From UHGV virus genome UHGV-0385297: a stretch of 64,000 nt of DNA; one strand, given 5' to 3'. Position 1 is the first letter of the stretch. Each line of letters starts with the position of its first letter. Shown here one piece after another: positions 40,075-50,706 of this stretch. The notes under the pieces were generated by a model. The model saw only the letters and a list, made by a program, of their open reading frames with translations, was not told where the DNA came from and did not search any database. Made by a program: the position numbers and the translations under genes. Source of the stretch: a virus.

Positions 40075-40197
40075 AGGCGTTAAAGCCTCCGATTTCGTAA
40101 TATTTACTCTTTATGAGCATAAAAAAAGAGAATGCTTTTAAACATTCTCTTTGCCAAATGCATGGCTACTGGCGGCACGACCAGCTTTCCTATATAA

Positions 40198-41367
40198 TTA
40201 AGAACATAATAAAAGAGAGTCTTTATTTAGACTCTCTGGATTTATTATATAAGTTTTATCGTTATTAAAAAAATAATTATCTAAAATAGAATTTATATTG
40301 TCTCGCTCCCAATATGGAATACGCATTAATGGAATATTATAATCTATACAATGAAGATTCTTTGCCTGATCACGTTCTTTATTTTCCGTAAAATTAATGC
40401 TTGCAATTTCGATGCCATCTCCATTAAAATCGATAGGCATGTAATGTTGTTCTCCATCAAATTCAATCGCCATATTTAGTTTTGGTAAGTAAAAATCAAA
40501 TCTCAATGGGTTATCCCAATAGGCAGTATAAATTTCATGAGTGTCATGTTCATAAACATAATTATGCTCTTTTAAATAAGCTAAGATTGTTTTTTCTCCA
40601 ATGGAACAAGTACATTCATTGCATTTCGTTTTACCTTTTAAAAATAATCCATAACTTGTAGTATAGGGCTGACCGCATACCTCACAAGAAATTAAAAGGT
40701 TATAATCATTATAAGATGTATAATTCGATAATAATTTATTTTTCCCATTTGCTTCTATGGTTGCACGTACTTCTTCTATTGAATATTTTTGTTTTTCAAC
40801 CATAGATTCTCTGCCACAATAATAACATCCTCGTCCAGATTTAAGATGTATCCAATTATTCCATTGAATACCTTTATCTATATGTTTATTACAAATATAA
40901 GGCATTTTTGTTTCATTATTTACATAAATTGATGGCATCATAATACAATCATTATCTTTGAAAGTTGAAATCATTTTATTTAATGTTTCAACTTTTTTCG
41001 GGATATTTCTAGCTTCCCATTTTTCTTTTACTTTACCATGGATGTTTGGAGACGCAGTACCATATCTAATCTTTTTAACTTCAACACCTTTTATAGGCGC
41101 ACAATCACGACATGCCACCTTGGAAACAATTGTCGTACCTCTATAATATTTTTTTACTTGCATAGAAAATATTTTTCCACAATAGTCACATTGTACATCA
41201 ATAAATTTATCACTTGAATGGGGAATATCTTCGAACCTTACTTCAAATTTATCTCCAAACTTTGTAAACCGATATCCTTTTTCTTCATAATAAGATTTTT
41301 GTGAGCCATTCCATTCTACTAATAATTTTTCTGTAATAACCATTTCGCAACGTTCCTTTCGTAACAA
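40198..41367 (-). CDS. Multi zinc-ribbon protein with a C-terminal DUF559/Vsr-like endonuclease domain
   Basis: Repeated CxxC...CxxC modules. C-terminal RFDFYLPK...IEFDGEQHY. Confidence 0.5.
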   Translation of the reverse strand: MLRKERCEMVITEKLLVEWNGSQKSYYEEKGYRFTKFGDKFEVRFEDIPHSSDKFIDVQCDYCGKIFSMQVKKYYRGTTIVSKVACRDCAPIKGVEVKKIRYGTASPNIHGKVKEKWEARNIPKKVETLNKMISTFKDNDCIMMPSIYVNNETKMPYICNKHIDKGIQWNNWIHLKSGRGCYYCGRESMVEKQKYSIEEVRATIEANGKNKLLSNYTSYNDYNLLISCEVCGQPYTTSYGLFLKGKTKCNECTCSIGEKTILAYLKEHNYVYEHDTHEIYTAYWDNPLRFDFYLPKLNMAIEFDGEQHYMPIDFNGDGIEIASINFTENKERDQAKNLHCIDYNIPLMRIPYWERDNINSILDNYFFNNDKTYIINPESLNKDSLLLCS

Positions 41368-41370
41368 AGA

Positions 41371-41553
41371 TTAGGAAATAAGATATGTATTCTTTTCGAT
41401 ATCCCATTTCTCTAAGTTTTTATAAAGTAAATTATTTTTTTTAAATAAAAAGACCAAAAATCCTTTCGACTTTTGATCTGTATCAATTCTGATTACTGGA
41501 CAACCATTTTCAATTAGAAAATTTGCAAGTCGTTTACTTTTGCATACAAACAT
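41371..41553 (-). CDS. Hypothetical small protein
   Basis: ORF only. Confidence 0.3.
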   Translation of the reverse strand: MFVCKSKRLANFLIENGCPVIRIDTDQKSKGFLVFLFKKNNLLYKNLEKWDIEKNTYLIS

Positions 41554-41567
41554 TCAAAGATTTCTCC

Positions 41568-42806
41568 TTACATCTCATCTGCAATAGCAGCAATTTTACT
41601 TCTATAAATATTTTGAAGTTCAACTTCTCCATAGAAGTCCTGGCCTCTAAACACTTCTGACATTCTTCTCATACCATTGTTCCCACCGGCATATTGAGCA
41701 AGATCAACCTGTGCAGTGTAATCACCATCAATAATACAGATAGAATCTTCACCGATTCTTTGAAGAGCAAGTTTCATTAAAGAGATATCCATATTCTGAG
41801 CTTCTGTGATATAAACACCTGCATTCATACCGCTAGTGTCAAAACCACGAATATCTGACATAGGTAAGAGAGAAAGTTTTCCATCAAAAATTAACCGCTG
41901 GACTTCAATCATTCCACCTAGTTTACTGCTTAACATATTTCCAATCTGAGAATCGCATAGTTTCTCGTCTTTTGAGCCAGGATAATACCCCAGCTTTGCA
42001 CTATTTGCAGTAGCAACTGTATTACAAAAAACAATAATTTTATCAATTTTATGTTTTTCTAACTGATAGAATAAGAAACCTAACCCAAGGTAACTTTTAC
42101 CTGTGCCTGCAGGTCCTTTAATCATAGTTACTTGATTGGTCTGTAAACTATTTAAAACAAGTTGTTGATAAATATCTCCTTGATATGGATTAATCGTTCC
42201 GAAGAAATTAGTTTTAATGTTTGTAAATTTTACATTCTTGTACATTTCTCCGTCCCATTTCATTTTGTCAACAACTTCATTCTTTTCATTTTTTATAATG
42301 AGATATTGATTTGGAAGTAAATCATAGATATTTTCTGTAAGATGTTCATAGAAATAAGCCATATCTGGTTCAGATAATGATTTCTCAATAAAACCTTTGT
42401 ATTCGTCATCAATATTGTTTTTTACACTATCAACATTAAGACCAAATACCCATTTAGCAATTGTTTTACATGCAATATCATTTGTGATGAATAATACATC
42501 TGGAATAGTTGTAGCACATGCACAAATTTGATTGTCTGGTGTGTTTTCAAGACCTTTTTCTTCAATAATATTTAAAATATCATTTGTCACAACCACAACA
42601 TTAAACTTTTCTGGATTCTCATCAAGAATATGAAGAGTTTTTCTTGCAGCAAATTTTACTTCTTCATCTTTATTTCTTGATACTTTGATGTGTTCCATTT
42701 CGTGAAGAGAAGTAGAACTAATATAAAATTTTTCAGTATTTTCTAATAACTTATTCTGCAATAGCAGAAGAGCATTAGTATCATAAAAAATAGCGATGGT
42801 TTCCAA
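41568..42806 (-). CDS. PIN-domain + PhoH-like ATPase (YlaK-like)
   Basis: Walker A GPAGTGKSYLG. N-terminal PIN-like region. Confidence 0.6.
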   Translation of the reverse strand: METIAIFYDTNALLLLQNKLLENTEKFYISSTSLHEMEHIKVSRNKDEEVKFAARKTLHILDENPEKFNVVVVTNDILNIIEEKGLENTPDNQICACATTIPDVLFITNDIACKTIAKWVFGLNVDSVKNNIDDEYKGFIEKSLSEPDMAYFYEHLTENIYDLLPNQYLIIKNEKNEVVDKMKWDGEMYKNVKFTNIKTNFFGTINPYQGDIYQQLVLNSLQTNQVTMIKGPAGTGKSYLGLGFLFYQLEKHKIDKIIVFCNTVATANSAKLGYYPGSKDEKLCDSQIGNMLSSKLGGMIEVQRLIFDGKLSLLPMSDIRGFDTSGMNAGVYITEAQNMDISLMKLALQRIGEDSICIIDGDYTAQVDLAQYAGGNNGMRRMSEVFRGQDFYGEVELQNIYRSKIAAIADEM

Positions 42807-42846
42807 CCGCCTTTCCTGTATATTTCGTTAATTATTGATCATTCAA

Positions 42847-43029
42847 TCAATGAACGATAGAATTTTTAGCATTCTGCTTTAGCAGCCACAGAACTTCTCT
42901 TTCCTCGACTGCCCAATATCTCTTTGCTCTGGACTTATGTGTAACAGAAGAAATCTTCACACAGTCTCCATATCCAGCTTTTCTTAACATCTGGGCTTCA
43001 CTCTGAGTAATCTTAATTATAATAAACAC
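42847..43029 (-). CDS. Hypothetical small protein
   Basis: ORF only. Confidence 0.25.
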   Translation of the reverse strand: MFIIIKITQSEAQMLRKAGYGDCVKISSVTHKSRAKRYWAVEEREVLWLLKQNAKNSIVH

Positions 43030-43069
43030 TTCTTTCTTTATATATTTCTCCTATGATGGGAGATGAGTA

Positions 43070-43142
43070 ATGAATCCGGTTGGAATCGAACCAACGACAT
43101 AGGGATTTTCAGTCCCTTACTCTACCAACTGAGCTACAGATC
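43070..43142 (-). tRNA. tRNA-Phe (anticodon GAA)
   Basis: GGATCTGTAGCTCAGTTGGTAGAGT...CTGAAAA...GGTTCGATTCC. Confidence 0.75.
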
Positions 43143-43170
43143 CGTGCAACGGGTGTCTTACCCGAAAGAA

Positions 43171-43241
43171 TAGCGGGAGCTGGATTTGAACCAGCGTTCT
43201 CTAGGTTATGGGCCTAGTGACTTATCCTCTTGTCCATCCCG
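43171..43241 (-). tRNA. tRNA-like with a CAT anticodon (Met or Ile2). The structure is imperfect.
   Basis: Anticodon stem CTAGG/CCTAG with loop CCCATAA. T-arm GCTGG-TTCAAAT-CCAGC. Acceptor 6 of 7 bp, D-stem 3 bp. Confidence 0.45.
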
Positions 43242-43321
43242 CAATAATTTTATATATGGCTGGATATGTTTACACATATAATTCCATTTAACAGCCCACA
43301 GGCTGACCATGTATGTAATTT

Positions 43322-44140
43322 CTAATCACGAACTTTATTAATCTGATCTAATACTTCATCAATTTCTGCTTCATATAATTTCGCACAGCAAGCATATAAA
43401 TTATCAATATATCCGAACTGTTCTGCATATTTTATAACAGTAAGCTGATCTTTTTTCTTGACCTGCTTTAAGTTATAATTTTCAGTTTTCTGTTCTAAAT
43501 CAATATGGAAATTTTCTCTGAAACATTTGTATAATTCCTTATACCTGTTAGCATAATTTCCGCTTCTACGTCTACAAATCCTATTGATAATATCCTTTTT
43601 CTTATAAAGTGGGACATCATCAGTAAGACCGTTAATTACTTCTTGTTTATGAATAATTTCTTTTTTCTGGGAATTGATTTTTTGATCTTTTAATCTGAGC
43701 TGTTCATTCTGACTTCGAATAGTCTGAAGAGTAGTAGAAAATAGAAGTTTAGTATTCTCATCTGCAAATGGAAGATATGTGTCTATGAATAAGTTATCAT
43801 TGTTTATATATCCGCCAGTTTTACGAATTGTTGGAAGTACCTCAGATGTTACCCAGCGCTTAAAACGCTTGGCAGACTCAAGTTTACTGCCAAAAATCAG
43901 CGCATATAATCCAGATTCATTAATAATTACCATTTTCTGAATTCCACCAGGGGTCATCAAATCAGTGACTCCCTTATCTGTTCCATCAACATGTTTTGCT
44001 ACGGCATTGGCAATAGATTTTCCTTTCCCATATCCAAGTGCTTCTGCTATATCTTTTCCCACGAACCACGGCTCGCCATCAATTACTAAAGTTCTTACTT
44101 CACCAAATTCTTCATTTTTAAAAATTTCTAAATCTTGCAT
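43322..44140 (-). CDS. Bro-N domain antirepressor-like protein
   Basis: FGEVRTLVIDGEPWFVGKDIAEALGY is a Bro-N signature. Confidence 0.6.
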   Translation of the reverse strand: MQDLEIFKNEEFGEVRTLVIDGEPWFVGKDIAEALGYGKGKSIANAVAKHVDGTDKGVTDLMTPGGIQKMVIINESGLYALIFGSKLESAKRFKRWVTSEVLPTIRKTGGYINNDNLFIDTYLPFADENTKLLFSTTLQTIRSQNEQLRLKDQKINSQKKEIIHKQEVINGLTDDVPLYKKKDIINRICRRRSGNYANRYKELYKCFRENFHIDLEQKTENYNLKQVKKKDQLTVIKYAEQFGYIDNLYACCAKLYEAEIDEVLDQINKVRD

Positions 44141-44372
44141 AAATTATTTCCTTCCTACGCATTTGGGCAGCGCATCACCACATACAATATTTACAGTTAC
44201 TTGCCGATAACTCTTGTTATCTTATGAGAGATGACTGCGGCAACAATCATCTCGTAAAGAAATATTTATGCAAAACAGAGGTAATCACCTCTCATAAAAC
44301 AACAAGTTATTGTACGAATTTCTATTAATATATTCTCTCTTTCACACATGGAAAATTTTTGAGAATTATGAT

Positions 44373-44446
44373 AGCGAGATAAAGGAATCGAACCGATATA
44401 TCTCCGCATTAAAAGTACGGCGCTCTACCTTTTGAGCTAATCTCGC
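44373..44446 (-). tRNA. tRNA-Lys (anticodon TTT), with a weak T-stem
   Basis: Acceptor GCGAGAT/ATCTCGC, D-stem GCTC/GAGC, anticodon loop CTTTTAA, T-loop TTCGATT. Confidence 0.5.
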
Positions 44447-44898
44447 CAGACGCCAATAGGCATACTACAGGACGCAGTACACCCATCAGCAAAAGAAAAA
44501 ATATAGAAGAAAGGGTAAAACATATGAATATCTACATCTAAAATTTTAAGTAGCCATAGCAGCCAAGTACAAATCTTTACGGCAATTACATAACCCGCAT
44601 ATAAACTTTCTCCTGGATTTGATAAAATTTTAAAATTTATACATTGAACTTTAGAAGAAAAAGAAGTTTGAAAAATGAGTTTTAAACATTGAATTCTGAG
44701 CTTTGAACTTTTATCATCTTATGTAATATACTATTACAAAATATATTATTTGATAAAAATTTGCATTAGGCGCACAATTTTCTTCAAATTCCAATATTTA
44801 TTAACCTTTTAAGGAATATCTTCCTCTCCGTGATAACCCGCACGGAGAAACGGGATGTAAGTTCAAGATTTTCGCTATAACTACAAAAATATCACATT

Positions 44899-45531
44899 TT
44901 AAAAACTTACTTCGATGAAAGAAGTAGCATTACTCAGAGTAAGCTGAGAGTCAATGTTACTTAAGAAACCATCAATGTCTGCTTCAAGTTTCTGGATCTT
45001 ATCATAAAGATCAATCGGGTCTACAAACTCATATTCGTTCTGTAAACGATATGGTTTTACTACTGCATCCTGTTCCTCAGTAGTGAGTTTCTTAGCGCTG
45101 TCTTTACCAACTAAGGTAGTAAGCAGACTATCCACTTTTTCGTCTACCTTTTTGTTCTCTTTATCAACTAAAGTAGTGGCAGCACTGTAATCCAGCTTCA
45201 TCTTGCGTAAAAGGTTCTGTTCGTACTCAATGGAATTTTTACGCTCAATGCCTTCTGCACGAGTCATTTCCACACCATTTACTGTAATCTTTGTAATAGC
45301 ATTGGATAATACAATTTTAGATTTTAACTCTGAATGATTTTTAATAAGATCGGTTGCAGATTGAAAATCTGCCTTGCATCTATCTTTAAATGTCTCTTTG
45401 GAAACGGCACCAATTCTATCGGATGATTTCTTAGCTGCACCACAAAAATTTGCGTTTACAATTGCTTTATTAATTCTTGCGTCTAATAATTTTAGTTCAG
45501 TTAAAGCTTCGGTAACTGTAATTTTTCTCAT
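44899..45531 (-). CDS. Hypothetical protein (210 aa)
   Basis: ORF only. Confidence 0.4.
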   Translation of the reverse strand: MRKITVTEALTELKLLDARINKAIVNANFCGAAKKSSDRIGAVSKETFKDRCKADFQSATDLIKNHSELKSKIVLSNAITKITVNGVEMTRAEGIERKNSIEYEQNLLRKMKLDYSAATTLVDKENKKVDEKVDSLLTTLVGKDSAKKLTTEEQDAVVKPYRLQNEYEFVDPIDLYDKIQKLEADIDGFLSNIDSQLTLSNATSFIEVSF

Positions 45532-45668
45532 AATGATATACTCCTTTTTATCCTGATTGCATTTTTAAACGACTGCATTGTGCCGATGTTACGATTAATT
45601 ACATTGTTTTCCATACCTGTTATATAACACCATAAAATCACTCAAAAATGGCGTAATTAAGCCAAAAA

Positions 45669-46532
45669 CTAAGCTTTTCTATTTGTGGTATTACGTTTTT
45701 CGTTATATTTTTTATATCTAATTAAATCATTTTTTCTCTTACACTCACCACAATACATTTTCTTATTTCCTGTTTTTTCAATCAGTGCGCCACATTGTTT
45801 ACAGCGAGTGTACTTATTATTGTGTCCACGCTTAACTCCATAATATTCTTTCTGATAATTTCGAATATAATAGGAAAGAGAACGATTTATGTACTTAACA
45901 TAGAAATGATCTTCAGTAATAAAATCAAAATTATTTACAAGCTTTGTCTTATCTTCATACTCGTCAATCAATTTACAATTGTCAAAACACTTTCTAAGAA
46001 AACCCTCAATTATGATTTTGTACTCGTTCCAGGAAAGGGTCATTTTTTCTTTCTGAAATCTTTCTTTCGTGGTTAAAGCTTTATCCATAATGTCATCTAT
46101 GACAGAAGTAGCATTTTCTTCGGTCATATCTACACCAGAAGCCCATTTGTAATACAATTGTTTTGGCTTTTTGAGCAAATCCATATATTCCTTATTTAGA
46201 ATTACTTCTTTATCAAAATATTTCGTATAAATATTATTTATTTTTTGCCTTATAATTGAACACCAATTTTGATTTTTGGAAACAGATTTATAGTATTTAT
46301 ATTCAATCATGGACCATGCATCAAATACTTGTCCAACTGGTGTTCCCAGTAAATTCTTTGCTACCTTAAATCGAATAGCTTTCTTATATGTTCTTCTTTT
46401 ATTTCCACATGACCAGATGGCGGAGCAGAACGAAGAGAAAACTTCGTCCTTTTGCTCCTGAGTCTGTAGTTCTTTGTATTTTTCTATAATTTCATATAGA
46501 AATGTTTCGTTACAGTCGTAAATATGTATCAC
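45669..46532 (-). CDS. Hypothetical protein with a C-terminal CxxC zinc finger (possible transcription factor partner of the RNA polymerase)
   Basis: CKQCGAL...CGECKRK. Confidence 0.35.
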   Translation of the reverse strand: MIHIYDCNETFLYEIIEKYKELQTQEQKDEVFSSFCSAIWSCGNKRRTYKKAIRFKVAKNLLGTPVGQVFDAWSMIEYKYYKSVSKNQNWCSIIRQKINNIYTKYFDKEVILNKEYMDLLKKPKQLYYKWASGVDMTEENATSVIDDIMDKALTTKERFQKEKMTLSWNEYKIIIEGFLRKCFDNCKLIDEYEDKTKLVNNFDFITEDHFYVKYINRSLSYYIRNYQKEYYGVKRGHNNKYTRCKQCGALIEKTGNKKMYCGECKRKNDLIRYKKYNEKRNTTNRKA

Positions 46533-49140
46533 CTACTTCAAATTCATAATATTTTCCAAGATATTCATAAGTATTATATGATTTGTATGGAACTTCTCGA
46601 ATAGAAATATTTCGCTTTGGATTAGTATTATTTTTTAAATTCTCAATAATATATTCTCCATAAGCAGCCCAAGCTAAAGATTTACTGATTGAAAGAGAAG
46701 AGTATGAAGTTGCAATAACATAATTGGCAATAACATCTTCGTCAAGTTTAAGTTTTTCAGAAATATTATCTTTATATTTCTTTACAACTTCGTCCATACT
46801 AAAATCATTATTTTCATCTTTATGTAAATTTAGATGCTGCTTTATTTCATCTGCATACATATTGATGAATTTCTTACACTCTTTAATGACTCCTTTATCT
46901 TTTAGATTAAGGTCATTGTTGACGATTAAGCATCTTGTATCTATAAGATCATTAACACTGTTATCCCATTTAATATTCTTTTTCTCCCATGTCTCGATGT
47001 ATTCACATAATTCATTCATAGGAGAAGGAGACCTATAGGCATTCAATTTTTCTTTCTCATCTGGTTCAACTCCCTTATTTTTACTAAGAATATTCTGATA
47101 CGTTTTCATTTTTTGAGGATAATTATGAAGCAAGAAATACGGTAGCTGTTTTAAATGTTTTCTCAGACCACTATTCATATGCCACCTAAAACCGGTTTTA
47201 AGAAAATCAATTTCTTTGCCCTGGAAAATTCTTAGAAGAGAAGAGGAATCAGAGTATAACTTCTGAATATCTGGATTTGTTGTATACCGATTCTCAATGC
47301 TTGTTGCTACATTGGTTATTTCACCAATACGGTTATCTCTTGTCATTACTTCATACTCAATTAAATTTTCTTTCGTATATGGTTTTGACTTTGCTGTAAC
47401 CTTATCTTCGACATCAAGAATAATATGTTTGTCAATTTTTGAACCAATAACAATTGGTTCGTTGCACAAAAAGAAAATATCCCCGTCAAAATCTGCCCCT
47501 CCCTGCTGCGGGGCAGATATATCATACATATTAAACATCACGACATCTTGATCTTTAAAATATCCGAACCATTTATTTAAAATGTCATTTCGCACAATTT
47601 GAATCTTGTTTACTTCAGATGGGTCCACAAGAGGAGATCTAAAAGAAGCACAATATCCTGGTTCAAAATTTGCAGTATATAATTCTCTTTCTTTTAAGCA
47701 ACCGACTGGATTTTCTCCGACTGCATATTGAAGATAACCAATCATATCACCAACACCTGTATGATAAAAACCAGAACAATAAATTTTTCCTACTTTTGCC
47801 TCATCAATGGATTTTTTTAATTTTCTATAAATAAACTGCTTTACTGCAGGATCCTTCAACATTACATCATTGATCAATGCTGCTTCGAGATATTTACTTT
47901 CTGGCTCATATCCATCTGTATCATTTATACCCATGAATTTGTAGGTATAAAATTTATCTCCTTTAATAATCTTCTCGAATAGGTTAGTAGTGTATTTTGC
48001 CAATTTGATGATTTTTCCATCATTGTCAGGATTTAAAACGTCATATTCTTTTCTATTTTTATCTACAAAACTATTGATGTATTTCTCATTCCATAGATCA
48101 AGACATTGTAAATACTGAAAATTCATTCTGGTGTACTTGTTTAAGTGCTTTACATGATGGCTATACTTACTAATACCTAATTTAAACTGATATTTCTGTA
48201 ATGTCTTCATATATTCAATCCATGCATCATTTCCATACTTTGATTTAAAAATCTTATGACCTTTAAACATTGAGATGTTCCAGATACAATCAATATCATC
48301 GATTTTATGCTCATATCCATAGATATCAGTAATAGTAGTGTATCCCCATTCCTTTAGAATTTGTTTAAATGGAACATATACGGAATATCCTTTTATAAAT
48401 GGCAGACGAACCTGGTTTCCAATAACGTCATAGCCTAAATCCAACTGTGTACTAACAGTTTTCATAAATTCTCTTTCATGACAACCACATCCATCAAAAG
48501 GAGATAATCCTATATCTCTTAAACCTTCTTCAATTTCTCTAACTTTATATTTTTTGGACTCACCAGTTTCTTTATCTACGAAAGTTTTTTCTTTTTCTAT
48601 GACATATTTGATAAGCTGATCATTTAAAGTTTTTTCATATTCACCGATGATAACAATATTTGGAATATAATCTTTAATGAGAGTACAGGAGCTAAACGGG
48701 AGACATCTTTGCGCTTCATATTTAGAAATAACGCACTCATCAATTTCAATATCCATTTGAGTGATCATGTATAATTCATCGAAAATTTCGTCACATACAA
48801 AAGCAGTAATACCGTCTTTTCCCTGAGATGCAGATTTTCCAAAACGAGAATAATGAGTACCGTTATACGTAAATCCATTATTAAGAATATCTCGCAGTGC
48901 GGTTTCTTGTTTTGGATTCTTTTTTGCGACTATAAGCATAAGCTCTTTAATATGTGTTGAAAATCTACCTCTTAGCCTTTGAATCTGATCAAACAATAAG
49001 GAATCACCTTGTTTAATAAGATATTCATTATCTATTTCTTCATTTTTACTTAGACTCAAATCATATTCTGAATCAATGAGTTTTTTGATTGGTAACTTAA
49101 CCAAAGTGTATTGAATTGATTTTATAATAAACACCACCAT
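46510..49140 (-). CDS. Putative single-subunit two-barrel RNA polymerase (YonO-like), 876 aa
   Basis: Contains QQGGADFDGDIFF, which matches the universally conserved NADFDGD Mg-binding motif of the beta-prime/DPBB catalytic barrel. Confidence 0.5.
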   Translation of the reverse strand: MVVFIIKSIQYTLVKLPIKKLIDSEYDLSLSKNEEIDNEYLIKQGDSLLFDQIQRLRGRFSTHIKELMLIVAKKNPKQETALRDILNNGFTYNGTHYSRFGKSASQGKDGITAFVCDEIFDELYMITQMDIEIDECVISKYEAQRCLPFSSCTLIKDYIPNIVIIGEYEKTLNDQLIKYVIEKEKTFVDKETGESKKYKVREIEEGLRDIGLSPFDGCGCHEREFMKTVSTQLDLGYDVIGNQVRLPFIKGYSVYVPFKQILKEWGYTTITDIYGYEHKIDDIDCIWNISMFKGHKIFKSKYGNDAWIEYMKTLQKYQFKLGISKYSHHVKHLNKYTRMNFQYLQCLDLWNEKYINSFVDKNRKEYDVLNPDNDGKIIKLAKYTTNLFEKIIKGDKFYTYKFMGINDTDGYEPESKYLEAALINDVMLKDPAVKQFIYRKLKKSIDEAKVGKIYCSGFYHTGVGDMIGYLQYAVGENPVGCLKERELYTANFEPGYCASFRSPLVDPSEVNKIQIVRNDILNKWFGYFKDQDVVMFNMYDISAPQQGGADFDGDIFFLCNEPIVIGSKIDKHIILDVEDKVTAKSKPYTKENLIEYEVMTRDNRIGEITNVATSIENRYTTNPDIQKLYSDSSSLLRIFQGKEIDFLKTGFRWHMNSGLRKHLKQLPYFLLHNYPQKMKTYQNILSKNKGVEPDEKEKLNAYRSPSPMNELCEYIETWEKKNIKWDNSVNDLIDTRCLIVNNDLNLKDKGVIKECKKFINMYADEIKQHLNLHKDENNDFSMDEVVKKYKDNISEKLKLDEDVIANYVIATSYSSLSISKSLAWAAYGEYIIENLKNNTNPKRNISIREVPYKSYNTYEYLGKYYEFEVGDTYLRL

Positions 49141-49183
49141 TCATAATTATTTCTTCTTATTTATTCTCCCTATTATCCTTAAT

Positions 49184-49687
49184 CTACTCAATTTTTTCAT
49201 ATGCGTATCCGTCATCTGTAGTATAGTAAACATGTTTTATTCCTATATCTCTAATAGCAGCCATACAAGATGGACAAGGTCGTGCCAGTTTAAACACACC
49301 CCCATATCCTGCACGGTATATGTACAGTTTTACCTTTGAGAAATTAATATCCATATCACGGATCGCCGCCAGACAATTTATTTCTGCATGAAGTCGAGGC
49401 AATGTTTTATAACCTTTGTCGTATTCAATATGTCTATATCTGTTATATTTTTTCTGTAATGGATGAGTTTTGACGGTATTACAACCGATAGAAATAATAG
49501 ATCCTTGATAGACGGCTACACAGCCTACATGAGTTTTATGATAATCGGATAGGAGAGCAGTTTGATAAGCTTTCTGAAAATATTTCTGATCTGTCTTAGT
49601 TATCATGATTTTTTCTACTGTCTCTCTGTTTGGACCAAGCTTCACAAGATTTGTTGAAAGCAATATCTCGCATAAGGCATTCATCAA
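49184..49687 (-). CDS. dCMP deaminase (cytidine/deoxycytidylate deaminase family). The true start may be the internal ATG at 49606.
   Basis: HAEINCL and PCPSC zinc-binding motifs. Confidence 0.8.
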   Translation of the reverse strand: MMNALCEILLSTNLVKLGPNRETVEKIMITKTDQKYFQKAYQTALLSDYHKTHVGCVAVYQGSIISIGCNTVKTHPLQKKYNRYRHIEYDKGYKTLPRLHAEINCLAAIRDMDINFSKVKLYIYRAGYGGVFKLARPCPSCMAAIRDIGIKHVYYTTDDGYAYEKIE

Positions 49688-49793
49688 TTTCTGTCATACT
49701 ATATGGATGACCGTATGCATTGCGCGCGATTACACCTCCAAATGTGTGCTGGTACTTATGGTTCTTTGATTCGATGGTTACTGTTGTGTTCAT
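49596..49793 (-). CDS. Hypothetical small protein
   Basis: ORF only. Confidence 0.3.
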   Translation of the reverse strand: MNTTVTIESKNHKYQHTFGGVIARNAYGHPYSMTEIDECLMRDIAFNKSCEAWSKQRDSRKNHDN

Positions 49794-49860
49794 TGTTAAT
49801 TTCTCCTTTGATTTTTAAAATATTTTTATTCACGATGTTCACCTTTCCTATGTGAAACTC

Positions 49861-50643
49861 TTATATATTGTTATTCTCTAAAAGTTCTATTTGTTTTTCG
49901 ATTTCCTTATTGCAATCATAGGTTTGATCAATTACCTGGTTGCCATAACTGTCTTTCGTGAAATGTCTGTAATCTGCAAAAACTTTAGGTGTAGTAATAT
50001 ATTTTTCACGAGTTGAGGTGCTGTCTTTGATTCTCTTCATAGCTTTTGATTTTATAATTTCTAATGCATCTAAAATTTCTACTATCCTACCTACGTAACG
50101 TTCTGAAAGTCCTGTTTCATCTGAAATGGTTTTATAATGCCGGTAACAGCATAATGGGGATGTTGAAGATCTATTCATATTTAGACGGAGATAAGATAGA
50201 AGCAATAGAATATATGAAGAAGACATACGGATCGTGTCTACGGAAGTTCCTTCTAATTCTTCTTTAAAATTTAAAATTTTTTCAAGCTCATCGAAGTAAA
50301 TAATTCCAAAACGATCTGGTATATCAAATTTTTCAATATTAAGTTTTACCTGCAGGTATTTCACAGAATTAGTATGTTCTTTTAAACACTTTTCAAAGTC
50401 AGGAAACGTTTCAAAATAATTCTGGTCTGCAAGAAGTAGTAATGTATTATAATATTTCTGATTAATCTTTCCATCTCGGTAATTTGGCTTAAGTTTTGAC
50501 CAGTGGCATAATTCTGTAGTAGAAAATGCCACTGTGTCATCAAGAGAACGCCTTGCACATAAGTATGAAAAGATAATCACACGTTTATCCGATAGGGCAG
50601 TATCATATATAATTTCTTTTGGAATCTTCACATAATTAGGCAA
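49861..50643 (-). CDS. Putative DNA-binding / replisome organizer-like protein
   Basis: Position in the early operon next to iteron-like repeats. No clear motif. Confidence 0.3.
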   Translation of the reverse strand: MPNYVKIPKEIIYDTALSDKRVIIFSYLCARRSLDDTVAFSTTELCHWSKLKPNYRDGKINQKYYNTLLLLADQNYFETFPDFEKCLKEHTNSVKYLQVKLNIEKFDIPDRFGIIYFDELEKILNFKEELEGTSVDTIRMSSSYILLLLSYLRLNMNRSSTSPLCCYRHYKTISDETGLSERYVGRIVEILDALEIIKSKAMKRIKDSTSTREKYITTPKVFADYRHFTKDSYGNQVIDQTYDCNKEIEKQIELLENNNI

Positions 50644-50706
50644 GACGTATCACCTCACTATGCTACAAATGAGCTTATTTTACTGCTATCTACCACTTTT
50701 AATGTA

